Source: Macrostomum lignano (Eukaryota). From it: a DNA stretch of 64,000 nt. The notes below the pieces were generated by a model. The model had not been told where the DNA came from and made no database searches. It was given only the letters and a program-made list of their open reading frames with translations. Location: positions 338,164-402,163 of the forward strand of contig NIVC01002030.1 in the NCBI GenBank assembly GCA_002269645.1. Direction: 5' to 3'. A program made the position numbers and the translations under genes. Positions within the stretch are counted from its first letter, which is position 1; the number at the start of each line of letters is the position of its first letter. Below are positions 1 through 13,687 of this stretch, in pieces.

Positions 1-1216
1 GAAATGTGCTAGCCGAAGTTTGCTAGCCGAAATGTGCTAGCCGAAATGTGCTAGCCGAAATGTGCTAGCCGAAGTTTGCTAGCCGAAATGTGCTAGCCGA
101 AATGTGCTAGCCGAAATGTGCTAGCCGAAGTTTGCTAGCCGAAGTTTGCTAGCCGAAATGTGCTAGCCGAAGTTTGCTAGCCGAAATGTGCTAGCCGAAG
201 TTTGCTAGCAGGAATTTTGCTAGCGAGGATTTTGCTAGCCGAAATCTGCTAGCGATAATCTAACCAAAACCTGCGAACAGCAATTTACGAAGTTGCAATT
301 TGCTAGAGACATTTTTTCTTGTCCAATTTCGCAAGAAACTTTGCAGGACTTATCATGCAGGACAAATAAATTTGCCTTTTTCGCTCTAATGACTCTCTTT
401 GTCGTGCTTATTAGCAGTGATCTGCAAATTGCAATATATAATAATAATTGCAGCCTGCATTGTTGTATCGTAATATAATGCAATTAAAAATTACTACATC
501 AGAAATTTCTTTGTAGCTAGCACTCGTATGGCAAGAATCTGAATGTAATTTATATACAAAATGTGCTTGTTAATTCTATTCTTCTTAACACCTTTTAAAA
601 TGTGGCTACTTTGGTCAAGATAAATTACCGATTTTCTTTTTTTAAGTAAGAGGCCGATCGCGGGCTAAAATAAAATTTTAAGTGTGCCCAAAAATGCAAT
701 CATAAAATGTAGACATTTTGGCTTTTTACAGCAATTATTTATCAGATATGGTTTTTAGTTATAAAAGATTTGGGATTTTTAACCACTTCTCTTGACCATT
801 TTTAGCCAAAACCATGCAATACCATTCCTGCTAGCAGATTTCGGCTAGCAAAATCCTCGCTAGCAAAATTCCTGCTAGCAAACTTCGGCTAGCAGATTTC
901 GGCTAGCAGATTTCGGCTAGCGGATTTCGGCTAGCAAACTTCGGCTAGCAAACTTCGGCTAGCAGATTTCGGCTAGCAGATTTCGGCTAGCGGATTTCGG
1001 CTAGCAAACTTCGGCTAGCAAACTTCGGCTAGCAGATTTCGTCTGGCAGATTTCGGCTAGCAGATTTCGGCTGGCAAACTTCGGCTAGCAGATTCCGGCT
1101 AGCAGATTTCGGCTAGCAAACTTCGGCTAGCAGATTCCGGCTAGCAGATTTCGGCTAGCAAATTTCTCGCTAGCAAACTTCGGCTAGCAGATTTCCTGCT
1201 TGCAAATTTCTCTGTG
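1..1216. mobile_element. Foldback-like non-autonomous DNA element with inverted arms built from 14-bp tandem repeats; left arm truncated by the window start
   Basis: Left arm 1-~255 is (GAAATGTGCTAGCC/GAAGTTTGCTAGCC)n. Right arm ~830-1205 is the reverse complement (GGCTAGCAGATTTC/GGCTAGCAAACTTC)n. The inner ~50 bp of the two arms are exact reverse complements. They enclose an AT-rich ~570-bp core with no recognisable ORF. Confidence 0.65.
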
Positions 1217-1422
1217 TCTTTTTCTCGATGTCTAGTTTCAATGTCTATTTTTGATGTCTATTCTCAATTTCGAACTCTAGATATTGGATGTCTAATTTCC
1301 CTCTCAGAGATTATTGCTTAGGATTAAGGATCAATATTGAAGAGTTTTTAAGGAGTATATAGAAAATCGAAGATTTGAATCTATCTAATTTCAAAGAACT
1401 TCTTTCCTACTTCACTGGGCAG

Positions 1423-4400
1423 CCGAGGACGTGATCAACTCATGGTACGGCGAGAAGGCAAACTACAACTTCAAAGACGGCACAGGCAAGGCGGGCAACT
1501 TCACCCAGATGGTGTGGCTCGACAGCCGCAAGGTGGGCTTCGGCAAGGCCCACGCCTACGGCAAGGTGGTAGTTGTGGCGCACTACTCTCCTCCTGGCAA
1601 CTACCGGAACCAGTACTCTAGCCGGGTGCTGCCCGACCTCACCGACGACATGGCCGGGTTTCGAATTGCCGTCAGGGAAGTCCTGCGCGATGAGGAAGTC
1701 ATTGGTGGCAAGCCGGTGACGGTGGAACGGGAGCGAACACAACTTGAAGACGATAAGGGAAATGTGAGATTGAGGATAGTGTTGTTTTGAGGCCATGGAA
1801 ACGGCGTAGCAACTGCATAGCAACGAGTGAATTTATTATTCGCAGAAGATTCGGTTTGAATCAAAGGACAAGACCAATTTTCATGCTCCAGCACCAGATT
1901 TCTGAGGCTTAAGCTTGCAACAACATTTTAATGCATAGCATTAGCAGTTAAAATAAAGCTATGAATTTTTGTAGCCGCAAACCAAGTAGCCGCATGCCAC
2001 AAAGCCACAAACGTGGTTTTTCTGTTCCTAACAATATTCCAGACCAGGGAGATGGTCACCGAACGTCGTCGGGAAAGGCAGAAGCCGGCTGATGAAGACA
2101 AGGCTGAAGGTGGCGAGCCCGAGATCAGACAGGGAGCTCCTGTGCCAATCAAGGCAAGTTCTCTTCAAAAATTGGTGGCTTCGACTTAAGCAGGAATATA
2201 CCATTGAAGCCTGTCTTTCTAAACCAAAGAGCCTGCTATCCCACAATCACAACTTTCTCTACAGTCATGAGTGACATACCCGACCATTTTACTTTCAATT
2301 TTAATTGGCTGCTGAAACTTTTCCTAGCCCGACAGACCGCACCACCCCACATCCACAACTTTCTTCTTCAACTGCCGTGGCACACCCACCTCATTTTAGA
2401 CAAGGCATTTTATCGATATTTTGAAACCTTTTCCAGCCACCCACCACACTCACAGCTCTCTTCATTAGTCGCGACACACCAACCACGATTTTACGAGCGG
2501 TTCTAGGCGTTCACACGTTCTTATCGATTTTTAAAGCTTTTCTCTACCCCCACCACACTCAAACTCTCTCAATAGTCGCGACACACCAACCACAGTTTTA
2601 CTAGCGATTCTATATGTACATGTAGGCGTCCGGTCCTACCCGTTCTTATCGATTTTAAAGCTTTCTCTACCCCTCCACGCGACGCCAGCCACCCCACACT
2701 CACAACTCTCTCCATAGTCGTGGCACACCCACCCCATTTTATTCTAAGGGGCCTGCGCTCTCTTTTATACAATAATCGAAATACATTGGCGCAATCTGAG
2801 TGCTGAGTAATAAATACGACAAAGTTTTTTATTTTAGGGTAAAATTCATACATAAGTTTGATTGTGGAGGACGTCAACTTCAATTAGAATTGCGATTTAA
2901 TTTATTACTGTGCAGTCCCAACTGGTTTGGTGCTATTTATTGCGCAGATGATTAAATATCTTCTGGGATTGTTGGAATGCTTCCTTTTCGCTTTTTGACC
3001 CTAGCTATAGGCCTATTGACTGTAGGCGTACTGACAGGAAGCAGTTCGAATCGACGCAATTCACTAAATGTCCGGGTTTGAGCACTTCGATAGATAAATC
3101 AGTTGATATGTAGTGTTGCTTAAGCTTTTGATAACGAGCTAATAAGGTTAAGATACTCAGCAAGAGCTGATTTACTGTCGAAGATAGAAAGTTTATCACT
3201 TACGCTCGTAAATATTAATAGGCAGTCAAATGTTTAGGAAGAAAAAGCATAATTCCAAGGTAATTATTAAATTTAATTTTACTGGTAAAATTCTCCTCTG
3301 GAAATGTGTGTAATAGCGACAATCACACCTGTGTTACACTGGGGATGCTCACATCTATACCACAGGGATGCACACCTGCTGCATAACAAACTCCCCGATT
3401 CCCCATTGCATTCCAGGAGAAAGACCTATCAAAGTTCGGCAAAGAGCTGCTCAACCAGGTCAACCGTCATCGGTCAAAGCACGGCGTCAAATCTTTGAAG
3501 CTGAGCAACGATCTGACAATCTTGGCTCAGAGTTTCGCCGAGGAGCTCAGCAGGAAGTCGAAGCTATATAACAGCAGCGCCTCATTCAAGGGCGAACGTC
3601 TTGGCGAGAGCATCGCCAGTCGTTGGAGCAACGGACCAACCGATTACACTGGTAAAACCTTTTCATTCTTTTGCGTATCTATATACGTCGGGAATGAATA
3701 GTCTTACCACTTAAATATTTTATACAGGCGAAGAGGTGGCTGATCACTGGTACTCGGAGATGGAAAAGTTCCGTTTTAACGAAGAACCAAACGATATCAA
3801 AGGAGTCGGTAAGCTATATTTATGGTTGATATGCATGTAACTCCCAATAATTGCATTGCTACTTGTAGTAGTTTGTATGTTCGATGCGATTTTCTAGCTA
3901 GTGATATCGGATTGCTTTACGTATATACACTTGTACGTCTAACAAGCGCATTCTGTCCTATGGACACCATGGTTATTTATGATTAGTGCATATTCATCTG
4001 ACTCTCAACCCAATGCAACCCTGTTCTGGCCCCAGTGTACATGTACCGATATGCCATATCATACCATATCATACCATATGGTAATATATACCATATTACC
4101 ATACACTGATTCTTGGCCCTCTACCCCCGTATACACGATCTGACCATCTACCACCAGTGTGCACGATCTGACCCTCTACGCCCAGTGTACACTGATCTGA
4201 CCCTCTACCCCCGTGTACACGATCTGAACCTCTACCCTAGTGCACACTGATCTGACCCTCTACCCCCGTGTACACGATATGAACCTCTACCCCCAGTGTT
4301 CACTGATCTGACCCTCTACCCCCCGTGTACACGATCTGAACCTCTACCCCCAGTGTACACCGATATCAGAATTTCTTCCACCCGAAATGTGCATTGACTT

Positions 4401-4613
4401 TAGGCAACGGCTTTTCCTTCCAAGCATGTGTCCTCTACTATTCCAGGAAACTTCACCCAGATGGTGTGGAAGAACAGCAAGGAGCTGGGCGTTGGAAAAG
4501 CTATCCACCGAGGCACCGATGGCTCCCACCGTGTGGTGGTGGTGTGCTATTTCCACCCAGCCGGAAACATTGTGCCCTGCTTCCGTGAGAATGTGTTTCC
4601 GGCAAGCAAGTAG
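1423..4613 (+). CDS. Tandem CAP/SCP-domain protein (GAPR-1/GLIPR2-like, VAL family), 5'-partial
   Basis: Phase-consistent exons 1423-1763, 2043-2153 (GC donor), 3417-3651, 3728-3808, 4447-4613 (TAG). Domain 1 C-half: WYGE...[17 protein letters not shown]...[10 protein letters not shown]. Complete domain 2: [16 protein letters not shown]...GESIA...DHWYSE...[17 protein letters not shown]...YFHPAGN. Upstream exons lie outside the window. Confidence 0.9.
4075..4365. repeat. ~26-28 bp minisatellite in CAP intron
   Basis: Degenerate tandem copies of GTACACGATCTGACCCTCTACCCC(A)GT. Confidence 0.8.
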
Positions 4614-5650
4614 CTCTTCTAAATAATCTGCCACCTTAACGGGTTTCTGGGACTTAAGCACTGACCAAGACAAAAGTTGCTTGTTATTTTTAAATACTCA
4701 ATCAGAAAAGCTGAAAATTTTGAGCTCAGATCGACATTCTTTAGTAAAATTGATTATTAATTAAACAAATAGTGTTTAAGTTAATGCTGCAAAAGTATCT
4801 ACTATACACATATAAGCAACTCTAGCAGTAGTAAAATTAAAAGCGTAAAATTTGTCTGTTAAAAAATATTACTTCTAAGAAAAATGTTTTTACGTATTCA
4901 AAAAGTAGCAAAACATATTTGTGATTACTATAAATACGTAGACATCAAAAGTGGTCGAACAGATGTCAAATACATTGATTGGTGTTAAGAACGCATTAAC
5001 AAAACGATTTTTACTATTAAAATATGAGATAAAAAAGCTGGTTAAATTTATGTACTTTTAAATACGGATGCATTAATGTGTAATTAGGTGGTTTATAACA
5101 AGCGGAATGTTAATAAATCATGCATGGTAACAAACAAATAACAGCGAGTATAGCTGAAATAAATTATTGCTATGATGTAGAGTACATTCAAAAAACTCTT
5201 TTTAGTTAAAGACCCTTAAAGTTGGTTAATTTTGAAATTATTAAACGTTTTTCGATTGAATTCAAAAGAAATCGCGTTTTTAATTTTTTACTACTTGAAT
5301 TTACGTTATGATTGAATTAAAAAATGTTACACAAGATCCTAAATAAAAAACGGCTGAAAAACTACTTGTAAGTAGTAGCTATAATTTAGAAATTGCCAGT
5401 GTTAAATAGAAATACTAAGCCATTTTCTGCCCATTTTATACCGAGAATCTCGTGTGGCAGTTTTTGCCGGAGAAACCCAAGACCGTCGAGATATAAAAAA
5501 AATTATGCCAGAAGCTGCATGGTTGGGACACTAAATTTCACACAGACCGGATCTTCTGGACCTTCACCAGATACCAGCAATTAAGCTTTAAAAAAATAAG
5601 CTTGTAAAAGTTTTCTTCTTTGTACTACAAACCATCGTCCGCGCAAAAGT

Positions 5651-8600
5651 TCAATGCTGACTTTGCTGATCATTTTCGAAGAACATGAAATCCTGAAATT
5701 CGGTAAAACAAAATCGCTAATTAGCTAATAGTTTTAAAGGATATTTTTCCCTGCTTAACATAATACCCTCCACGCAGTAAACTGTTAGCATTTGACCCGT
5801 CTCCCTAATGCATTCGAGCATAAATATTTCATCACCGACAAAACTCGAGAATCCAATACACGCAGCTCGATGCGTTCCCTCTTGCCCCAGACTAACAGCT
5901 TCTACAAAGTGCCACAGACTGCAGGCACACGGGAGATTCGCAGCCCAGACAGAGACTGCATGTTGTAGCAAAGCGCACGATCGTAAACTGTAAACTGATT
6001 GACGGTATTTATAGGTAGAAATTCTTCCACCACACCCCGGTTTTTTTCTGCAAATAGCGCGGAAAAAGTCAGTTGGGAATTGCAGTGAAAGTTTAAATCA
6101 TTGAGGAAACTCTGGTGGAAATCGGCAGTCGGTCCTTGCTGGCCCTATTCGCAGGAACAAAAATTTTGTACTTGTACGGTACGAGGATGCGATTCTCGCA
6201 AAGAATGCCGTCTGTTGCACAGCTGATGCTACAAAATGTTAGGCAGATGCGTGATCTGTTTAACAGAGATGCTGTATGCAGCTTTGACACTGTTAGACTC
6301 TGTTCGACAGACCTAATAACTCTGTTAGAGACGGACTAAAATCTGTTAGACACGGACTATAATCTGTCACAAACGGACAATAATGTGTTAAACACGGACT
6401 ATAATCTATTAGACACGGACTATAATCTGTCAGACACGGACTAAAATCTGTTAAACACGGCTATAATGTGCTAGACACGGCTATAATGTGTTAGACACGG
6501 ACTATAATGTGTTAGACACGGACTATAATCTATTAGACACGGCTATAATCTGTCAGACACGGACTATAATCTGTTTGGCTTGACACGGACTATAATCTGT
6601 TTGATTTGACACGGACTATAATGTGTTAGACACGGACTATAATCTATTAGACACGGTTATAATGTGTTAGACACGGACTATAATCTGTTAGACACGGACT
6701 ATAATGTGTTAGACACGGACTATAATTAATCTGTTAGACACGGACTAATCTATTAGACACGGACTATAATCTGTCAGACACGGACTAAAATCTGTTAAAC
6801 ACGGCTATAATGTGCTAGACACGGCTATAATGTGTTAGACACGGACTATAATGTGTTAGACACGGACTATAATCTATTAGACACGGCTATAATCTGTCAG
6901 ACACGGACTATAATCTGTTTGGCTTGACACGGACTATAATCTGTTTGATTTGACACGGACTATAATGTGTTAGACACGGACTATAATCTATTAGACACGG
7001 TTATAATGTGTTAGACACGGACTATAATCTGTTAGACACGGACTATAATGTGTTAGACACGGACTATAATTAATCTGTTAGACACGGACTATAATCTGTT
7101 AGACACGGACTATAATCTGTCAGACACGGACTATAATCTGTCAGACACGGACTAAAATCTGTCACAAACGGACTATAATCTGTCAGACACGGACTATAAT
7201 CTGTTAGACACGGACTATAATCTGTCACAAACGGACTATAATGTATTAGACACGGGCTATAATCTGTCAGACACGGACTATAATCTGTCAGACACGGACT
7301 ATAATCTGTCAGACACGGACTATAATCTGTCAGACACGGACTATAATCTGTCAGACACGGACTATAATCTGTCAGACACGGACTATAATCTGTCAGACAC
7401 GGACTATAATCTGTCACAAACGGACTATAATCTGTTAAACACGGCTATAATGTGCTAGACACGGACTATAATGTGTTAGACACGGACTAAAATCTATTAG
7501 ACACGGGCTATAATCTGTCACAAACGGACTATAATCTGTTAGACACGGACTATAATCTGTCAGACACGGACTATAATCTGTCAGACACGGACTATAATCT
7601 GTCAGACACGGACTATAATCTGTTAGACACGGACTAAAATCTGTCAGACACGGACTAAAATCTGTTAGACACGGACTATAATCTGTTAGACACGGACTAT
7701 AGTCTGTTAGACACGGACTATAATGTGTTAGACACGGACTATAATCTGTTAGACACGGCTATAATGTGCTAGACACGGACTATAATCTGTCAGACACGGA
7801 CTATAATCTGTTAGACACGGACTATAATCTGTCAGACACGGACTATAATCTGTTAGACACGGACTATAATCTGTTAGACACGGACTATAATCTGTTAGAC
7901 ACGGACTAAAATCTGTTAAACACGGCTATAATGTGCTAGACACGGACTATAATGTGTTAGACACGGACTATAATCTGTCAGACACGGACTAAAATCTGTT
8001 AAACACGGCTATAATGTGCTAGACACGGACTATAATGTGTTAGACACGGACTATAATCTGTTATACACGGACTATAATCTGTCAGACACGGGCTATAATC
8101 TGTCACAAACGGACTATAATGTGTTAAACACGGCTATAATTTGCTAGACACGGACTATAATGTGTTAGACACGGACTATAATCTGTTAGACACGGACTAT
8201 AATCTGTTAGACACGGACTATAATGTGTTAGACACGGACTATAATCTGTTAGACACGGCTATAATCTGTCAGACACGGACTATAATGTGTTAGACACGGA
8301 CTATAATCTGTTAGACACGGACTATAATCTGTTAGACACGGACTATAATGTGTTAGACATGGACGAATGTGTTAGACACAGAGTATAATGTTTTAGCGGT
8401 TTAAAATCTGTTAGACACGGTTTATAATGTGTTAGACACGCACTAATGTGTTAGACACGGACTATAATTTGTTAAACAGAGTGCAAAACAATTCATAGAA
8501 AGAGTTTAGTTTTCCAGAAGTAATGCAATAACGCAGTCTGAAAAATTCATCTCAAGCAAGCAACAGAAAGCAGAGCAAAGCTCTTCAAGCTTCTATTTGC

Positions 8601-10327
8601 CTGACCGAAACGTGCTAAGGCAACTCCAAGACAAGGACAAAAGGAACATGATAGCCCACCGGATTGAGTTTCAGTTCTCACCGCACTAAGTCAACATTGG
8701 CTGCTTTTCTAGTTTGCTCAGCCCTGATCCATCTGCTTTGTTGCCATACATGAGTTCTCGCCACACGGACCCGGCATCGCAGACTTTGCACTTTTTTATT
8801 TCATCACCCTTGCTGCAATAAGAGTTACAGTAAATATCGACATGAAACTTACAATGAGAAACACCGCGCCAACCATTGCTGCTTTCATTCGGACGTCCAA
8901 GTCAGCTGGAACTGATGGTGAATTTGGAGTGCAGATTATTCCATGGAGTGCAGATTGAACCAATGGAGTTCAGATTATTCCATGGAGTGCAGATTATTCC
9001 ATGGATTACAGATTATTCCATGGAGTTCAGATTATTCCATGGAGTTCAGATTATTCCATGGAGTGCAGATTATTCCATGGATTACAGATTATTCCATGGA
9101 GTTCAGATTATTCCATGGAGTTCAGATTATTCCATGGAGTGCAGATTATTCCATGGAGTTCAGATTATTCCATGGAGTGCAGATTATTCCATGGATTACA
9201 GATTATTCCATGGAGTTCAGATTATTCCATGGAGTGCAGATTATTCCATGGAGTTCAGATTATTCCATGGATTACAGATTATTCCATGGATTACAGATTA
9301 TTCCATGGAGTTCAGATTAATCCATGGAGTTCAGATTATTCCATGGAGTTCAGATTATTCCATGGAGTTCAGATTATTCCATGGAGTTCAGATTAATCCA
9401 TGGAGTTCAGATTATTCCATGGATTACAGATTATTCCATGGAGTTCAGATTATTCCATGGAGTGCAGATTATTCCATGGAGTTCAGATTATTTCATGGAG
9501 TGCAGATTATTCCATGGAGTTCAGATTATTCCATGGAGTGCAGATTATTCCATGGAGTGCAGATTATTTCATGGAGTGCAGATTATTCCATGGAGTTCAG
9601 ATTATTCCATGGATTACAGATTATTCCATGGAGTTCAGATTATTCCATGGAGTGCAGATTATTTCATGGAGTGCAGATTATTCCATCGAGTGCAGATTAT
9701 TCCATGGAGTGCAGATTAGTTAGTTCTCGGAATTTTTATTCCGAATTCCAAATGAAGCATGTGCTTCGAGCGAGGTGCAGTCTCAAGTTTGTAAAGAAAA
9801 ATTTTCGAAACAGTAAAGTAGAGAGGGCATGATGCAAAAATACAGTTGTGTGTTTTCTAAACGATTTTCTGTTTTCTGTTTGAACAGCTCTGTAAGAACT
9901 TCGTGATAGAGGCATAGAGGGGGCTGTGTACAACCTGGCGCACTTTAAGCGACATTGTCACACAACCGGCGAGAGGCATTGCTGCCCATTTCGCCGACTC
10001 TCCTGAGCAGGCACACAAGCGTGCGGATACGTACGCAGTCTTGCGCACAGGCACACAGGAGTGTACAGCGGCCCTAACTTTATCGCTAGGCATGTACACT
10101 TCACTGTGCCTTGGGGGTTGGCCCGTTAATTGCACGAGCAGAGCCAAGCCGAGATTTCAATTTAGCCTCAAATTAATGTGACTGCGTTTGGAATCGAGCC
10201 TGGGCCGCTGGGGCCAAAGAGCCGCGCTGGACCACTAAATTGTTGGTAGACGCTTAGTTTGGAATTTGGCATTCGGCCAGAAGGTGAGATATTGGTACTT
10301 TATAGGGTTTATGATGATAATGGCCGC

Positions 10328-10377
<50 letters not shown>

Positions 10378-10465
10378 CGACGAGGGTGATGATGAGTCTG
10401 TGAGCAGTAACCATTCGAGTAATCCACGCCTACCGGCGACAAAAGGATGACAAGACAAGACAAGG

Positions 10466-10524
<59 letters not shown>

Positions 10525-10534
10525 CTGATTATGT

Positions 10535-10591
<57 letters not shown>

Positions 10592-10679
10592 CGACGAGGG
10601 TGATGATGAGTCTGCGAGCAGTAACCATTCGAGTAATCCACGCCTACCGGCGACAAAAGGATGACAAGACAAGACAAGG

Positions 10680-10750
<71 letters not shown>

Positions 10751-13264
10751 CTGATTATGTTGATGATGATGATGATGATGATGATGGTGATGACGAGGGT
10801 GATGATGATTATTATTATGATTATGATTATAAAAATTATTATTGTTATTATTATTATTATTACTCCATGCACAATATTGATAACAACGAGAATGAGTAGG
10901 ATCATGAGGACTTACAGGACACGGAATAGTTGTCAGCATCGGTGAAGTATTCGCGAGCAAATCCTCCCCACTGCTTGCTGATGTATCCGATTTCGTCTAT
11001 CATTCCCATGGAGTAGACCTGTTGAGCACAAAAATAAGTTTGTAGAATTTCCAGGAGTTTCCGTAATCAGGATAATTGCGCTACCGTAGAATCTCTTGAA
11101 AAACATCTTTCAAACGAGTTTCTTTGACGACATCTGCTGCACGATGTCCAATTCAATTAACAATTCCTACGAGCATCGCTTGCTCGAATGTGCAGTTTTC
11201 ACTTTGAAAAATGGAGAAAACAATATGGGCATTACGTGTGTACATGAGCATGTAAGTTATTCAGGCCTATTGCAGTGTTATCTAGGATTCTTTATCAATG
11301 GCTCGGTAAATTGCCATCTTTATCATTATTTATTAAAGAAGGGGCTGTGTGCACTCTGGCGCACTTTAATTAAGCAACATTGTCACACAACCGGCGAGAG
11401 GCACTACTGCCCATTCCGCCGACTCCCCTGAGCAGGCACACTGCAAGCGCGCGGATGCGTACGCATTTATACACCAACAAAATGCACATCATGTACCGCC
11501 AGCCACGAGTGGGCACAGATTGGTGAGGTGTCAGAACAGACGCCTCAAAAAGTTTCTGTTCTCAAAAATTCTTCAAAGCTTCAAAACTTCTGTTCTCAGC
11601 ACTTCTCAAAAAGTCAGCTCCCCCCCAGCCAGGAGTCATTCCTCAGAAGCTGCTCGGGACAGCGCGTCGTTCGCCCTTAGCCTCGTCTTCGCGGACCATG
11701 CGCCGTCCACAACAGCAGGTCGTGTAACGGCTCGCGGCAGCGGCTCTCGACTGACCAGATGATATGGCCACCCAGCCTGTCTCTGAGTCTGAGTCTGGCC
11801 AGCGGCGTTGGATTCCGAGCCCTGGCCGCAGCGCACGTCCAACACGCGCCATCCAGCTGTTTCTCCTTGGGCATCCGTCATGGTCCAGGTCTCAGCGTTG
11901 TAGACTCGACGACTGTCCGAAACCGTCTGCGCCGAGCTTAACGCGGCCCTGCATGGCCAGCCGAGCTCCTTCTAATGTCTCTGCCGATGTCCGGCACGAG
12001 TTCACGGAGGTACATAAAATGTCGGCATGGTGTGGAAGCAGGGTCTCATACCCGGCAGCATCTCGATACGTGATCTCAGCAGGTAGTACAGCGGCACAGT
12101 AAATGCTTCAGTCTTCTGCGTGTTCAGCGTGAGGCCGGTCTCCCTGCCGCTTTCGTCAAGCCATCCAGCAGCCGTTGGGCGCCTTCGACTGTTGAAGACA
12201 GCAACGCAAGGTCGTCCGCATAACCGATCACACAAAGACGCTTCCCCGGATGCGTTCGATTAAGGCAGGCCGGTCCTCGGCACCCAGTACGGTATTAGCT
12301 ACTAGCACAAACAGAAAAAGTAGTCATACGTACGCACAGGCACACACTCACACTGGAGTGTACAGCGGCCCTAACTTTATTTATCGCTAGGCATGTACAC
12401 TTCACTATGCCTTGGGGGGTTGGCCCTCAAGGCCGTTAATTGCACAAGAGTATCCAAACTGAGATTCCAATTTAGCCCCAAAATTTATGACTTGCACCTG
12501 GAATCGAACTTGGGCCGCTGGGAGGTCAAAGCGCCGCGCTAAACTTTTATAAGCCAAATAATTAAGTTTCAACTATCCATTAACGTTCAAAATATTAAAC
12601 TGCAGTTATATGTGTACTTTTAAGACTACAACTCTGTGACGCTGACCTTGAATTCTTGCTCCATAGTGCAGCACGGACCGCGACAGATGCATTTCGGACC
12701 GCGAATAAAAAGAACTGACCGCCCAGTGGCGTCTTGAATTTCGTAGCGCGGTTGCATGCAGGAGCGCTGCTGCCTTACGCGAGCAATGACTGTTCCCGGA
12801 GGTGCCTCAACTTGCAGCTCGTGTGAACAGGGTTCGAGTCCTGCAGAGCAGAAGCAGGCCGGTTGGCACGCAAAGCACTTCAGTTGACGACTGACACGAA
12901 GCACCTCCGCGCCGGTGATGTCACAAATATGCATGATGAAGCTGCGCTGGGGTCCGCAGCACTGCCTGGCGCAGACGTCCGATTCTTCAGTGGCGTAGAG
13001 AAGCTGCTCACCGGCGCTGTTTTTAATTCGGTATCGATTTCTGGCCTCCCAGTTGGTCAAAATTTCTAGTAACTCAATCTGTTGGTGAACAAGAAGACAA
13101 TCTACTTGAGTCAACAGCTCCAAACCAGAAGATAACTCGTAATTTTCCAGCGCAGTGCTACTCCACACAGATGATTGTTGTTGTTTTGAGCTGCACGCAT
13201 CTAATTGACGCATGCAATTTTGGTAAGATTGCCTTATGTGATCCTCGAGTTGCTCTTCTTCCAT
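5651..13264 (-). CDS. PLSCR: Phospholipid scramblase (PLSCR family), ~273 aa
   Basis: Exons (minus) 13264-12647, 11018-10916, 8911-8853, 5692-5651, all GT-AG and phase-consistent. Motifs: [102 protein letters not shown]. The start codon is less certain than the rest of the model. Confidence 0.92.
6340..8470. repeat. 21-bp minisatellite (~2.1 kb) in scramblase intron 3
   Basis: (GACACGGACTATAATCTGTTA)n with variants. Confidence 0.95.
8922..9716. repeat. 19-bp minisatellite in scramblase intron 2
   Basis: (CATGGAGTKCAGATTATTC)n, abutting the exon-3 acceptor. Confidence 0.95.
9906..10240 (-). mobile_element. tRNA-derived SINE family A, diverged copy
   Basis: Clear similarity along its length to the copies at 23376, 57692 and 58279. 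B-box-like GGCTCGATTCC on the minus strand. Confidence 0.8.
10309..10885. repeat. (GAT)n microsatellite with a duplicated ~90-bp interrupting segment
   Basis: GAT runs separated by two near-identical copies of GACGAGGGTGATGATGAGTCTG...GACAAGACAAGACAAGGT. Confidence 0.9.
11325..12540 (-). mobile_element. SINE family A copy split in two (11325-11465 and ~12322-12540) by a LINE insertion
   Basis: The left half ends ...GCGGATGCGTACGCA and the right half resumes AGTCATACG...CACAGGCACAC. These positions are adjacent in the 58279 copy. Confidence 0.75.
11466..12321 (-). mobile_element. Degenerate 5'-truncated RTE-like non-LTR retrotransposon
   Basis: Frameshifted minus-strand pieces IGYADDLALL, ETGLTLNTQKTE, YNAETWTMTD and KQLDGAC, homologous to the element at 29386-30288. 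Confidence 0.8.
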
Positions 13265-13687
13265 GGCTTACGTTTAAAATGTTTCAATGCAATTCTTCAA
13301 TACAATCGTGCGTCAAAAAGTTCCCGAGAATCAGTTGTTGTTCTATAGTTTTACATGCATGAATCAGCCCGAAAAAGTCTGATGATAACTTACATGAAAA
13401 TCAAACGGTAAGGCTAGTTTATTATCACTGATGTTGCAATTTCTATTATTTATTATAAAAAACAAAAACTTGCAAAAACTGACATCTTTTAAGGTAAAAA
13501 AATCAAACTTTGTAAACGCATATAGCTATTTGTTATGTTGGTGAGACTTTTAACTTTAATTTTTCCAAGAAACAATATTTTGGCCTAGTGAACTTGTTTT
13601 TTGGATAATTAATATCTCAATACTAGAAGTTTTATTTTCTTTTTTGTTGTTCGCTAACTGCTGCACTTGCAGCAGAGCAGCATTTTA

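Noticed and set aside
8876-9832. 318-aa and overlapping repetitive ORFs (MEFRLFHGVQIIPW...)
   Set aside because: Translations of the 19-bp satellite, antisense to a scramblase intron and exon.
10254-10960. Poly-Asp, poly-Met, poly-His and poly-Ile ORFs
   Set aside because: (GAT)n microsatellite in scramblase intron 2; no splice or domain support.
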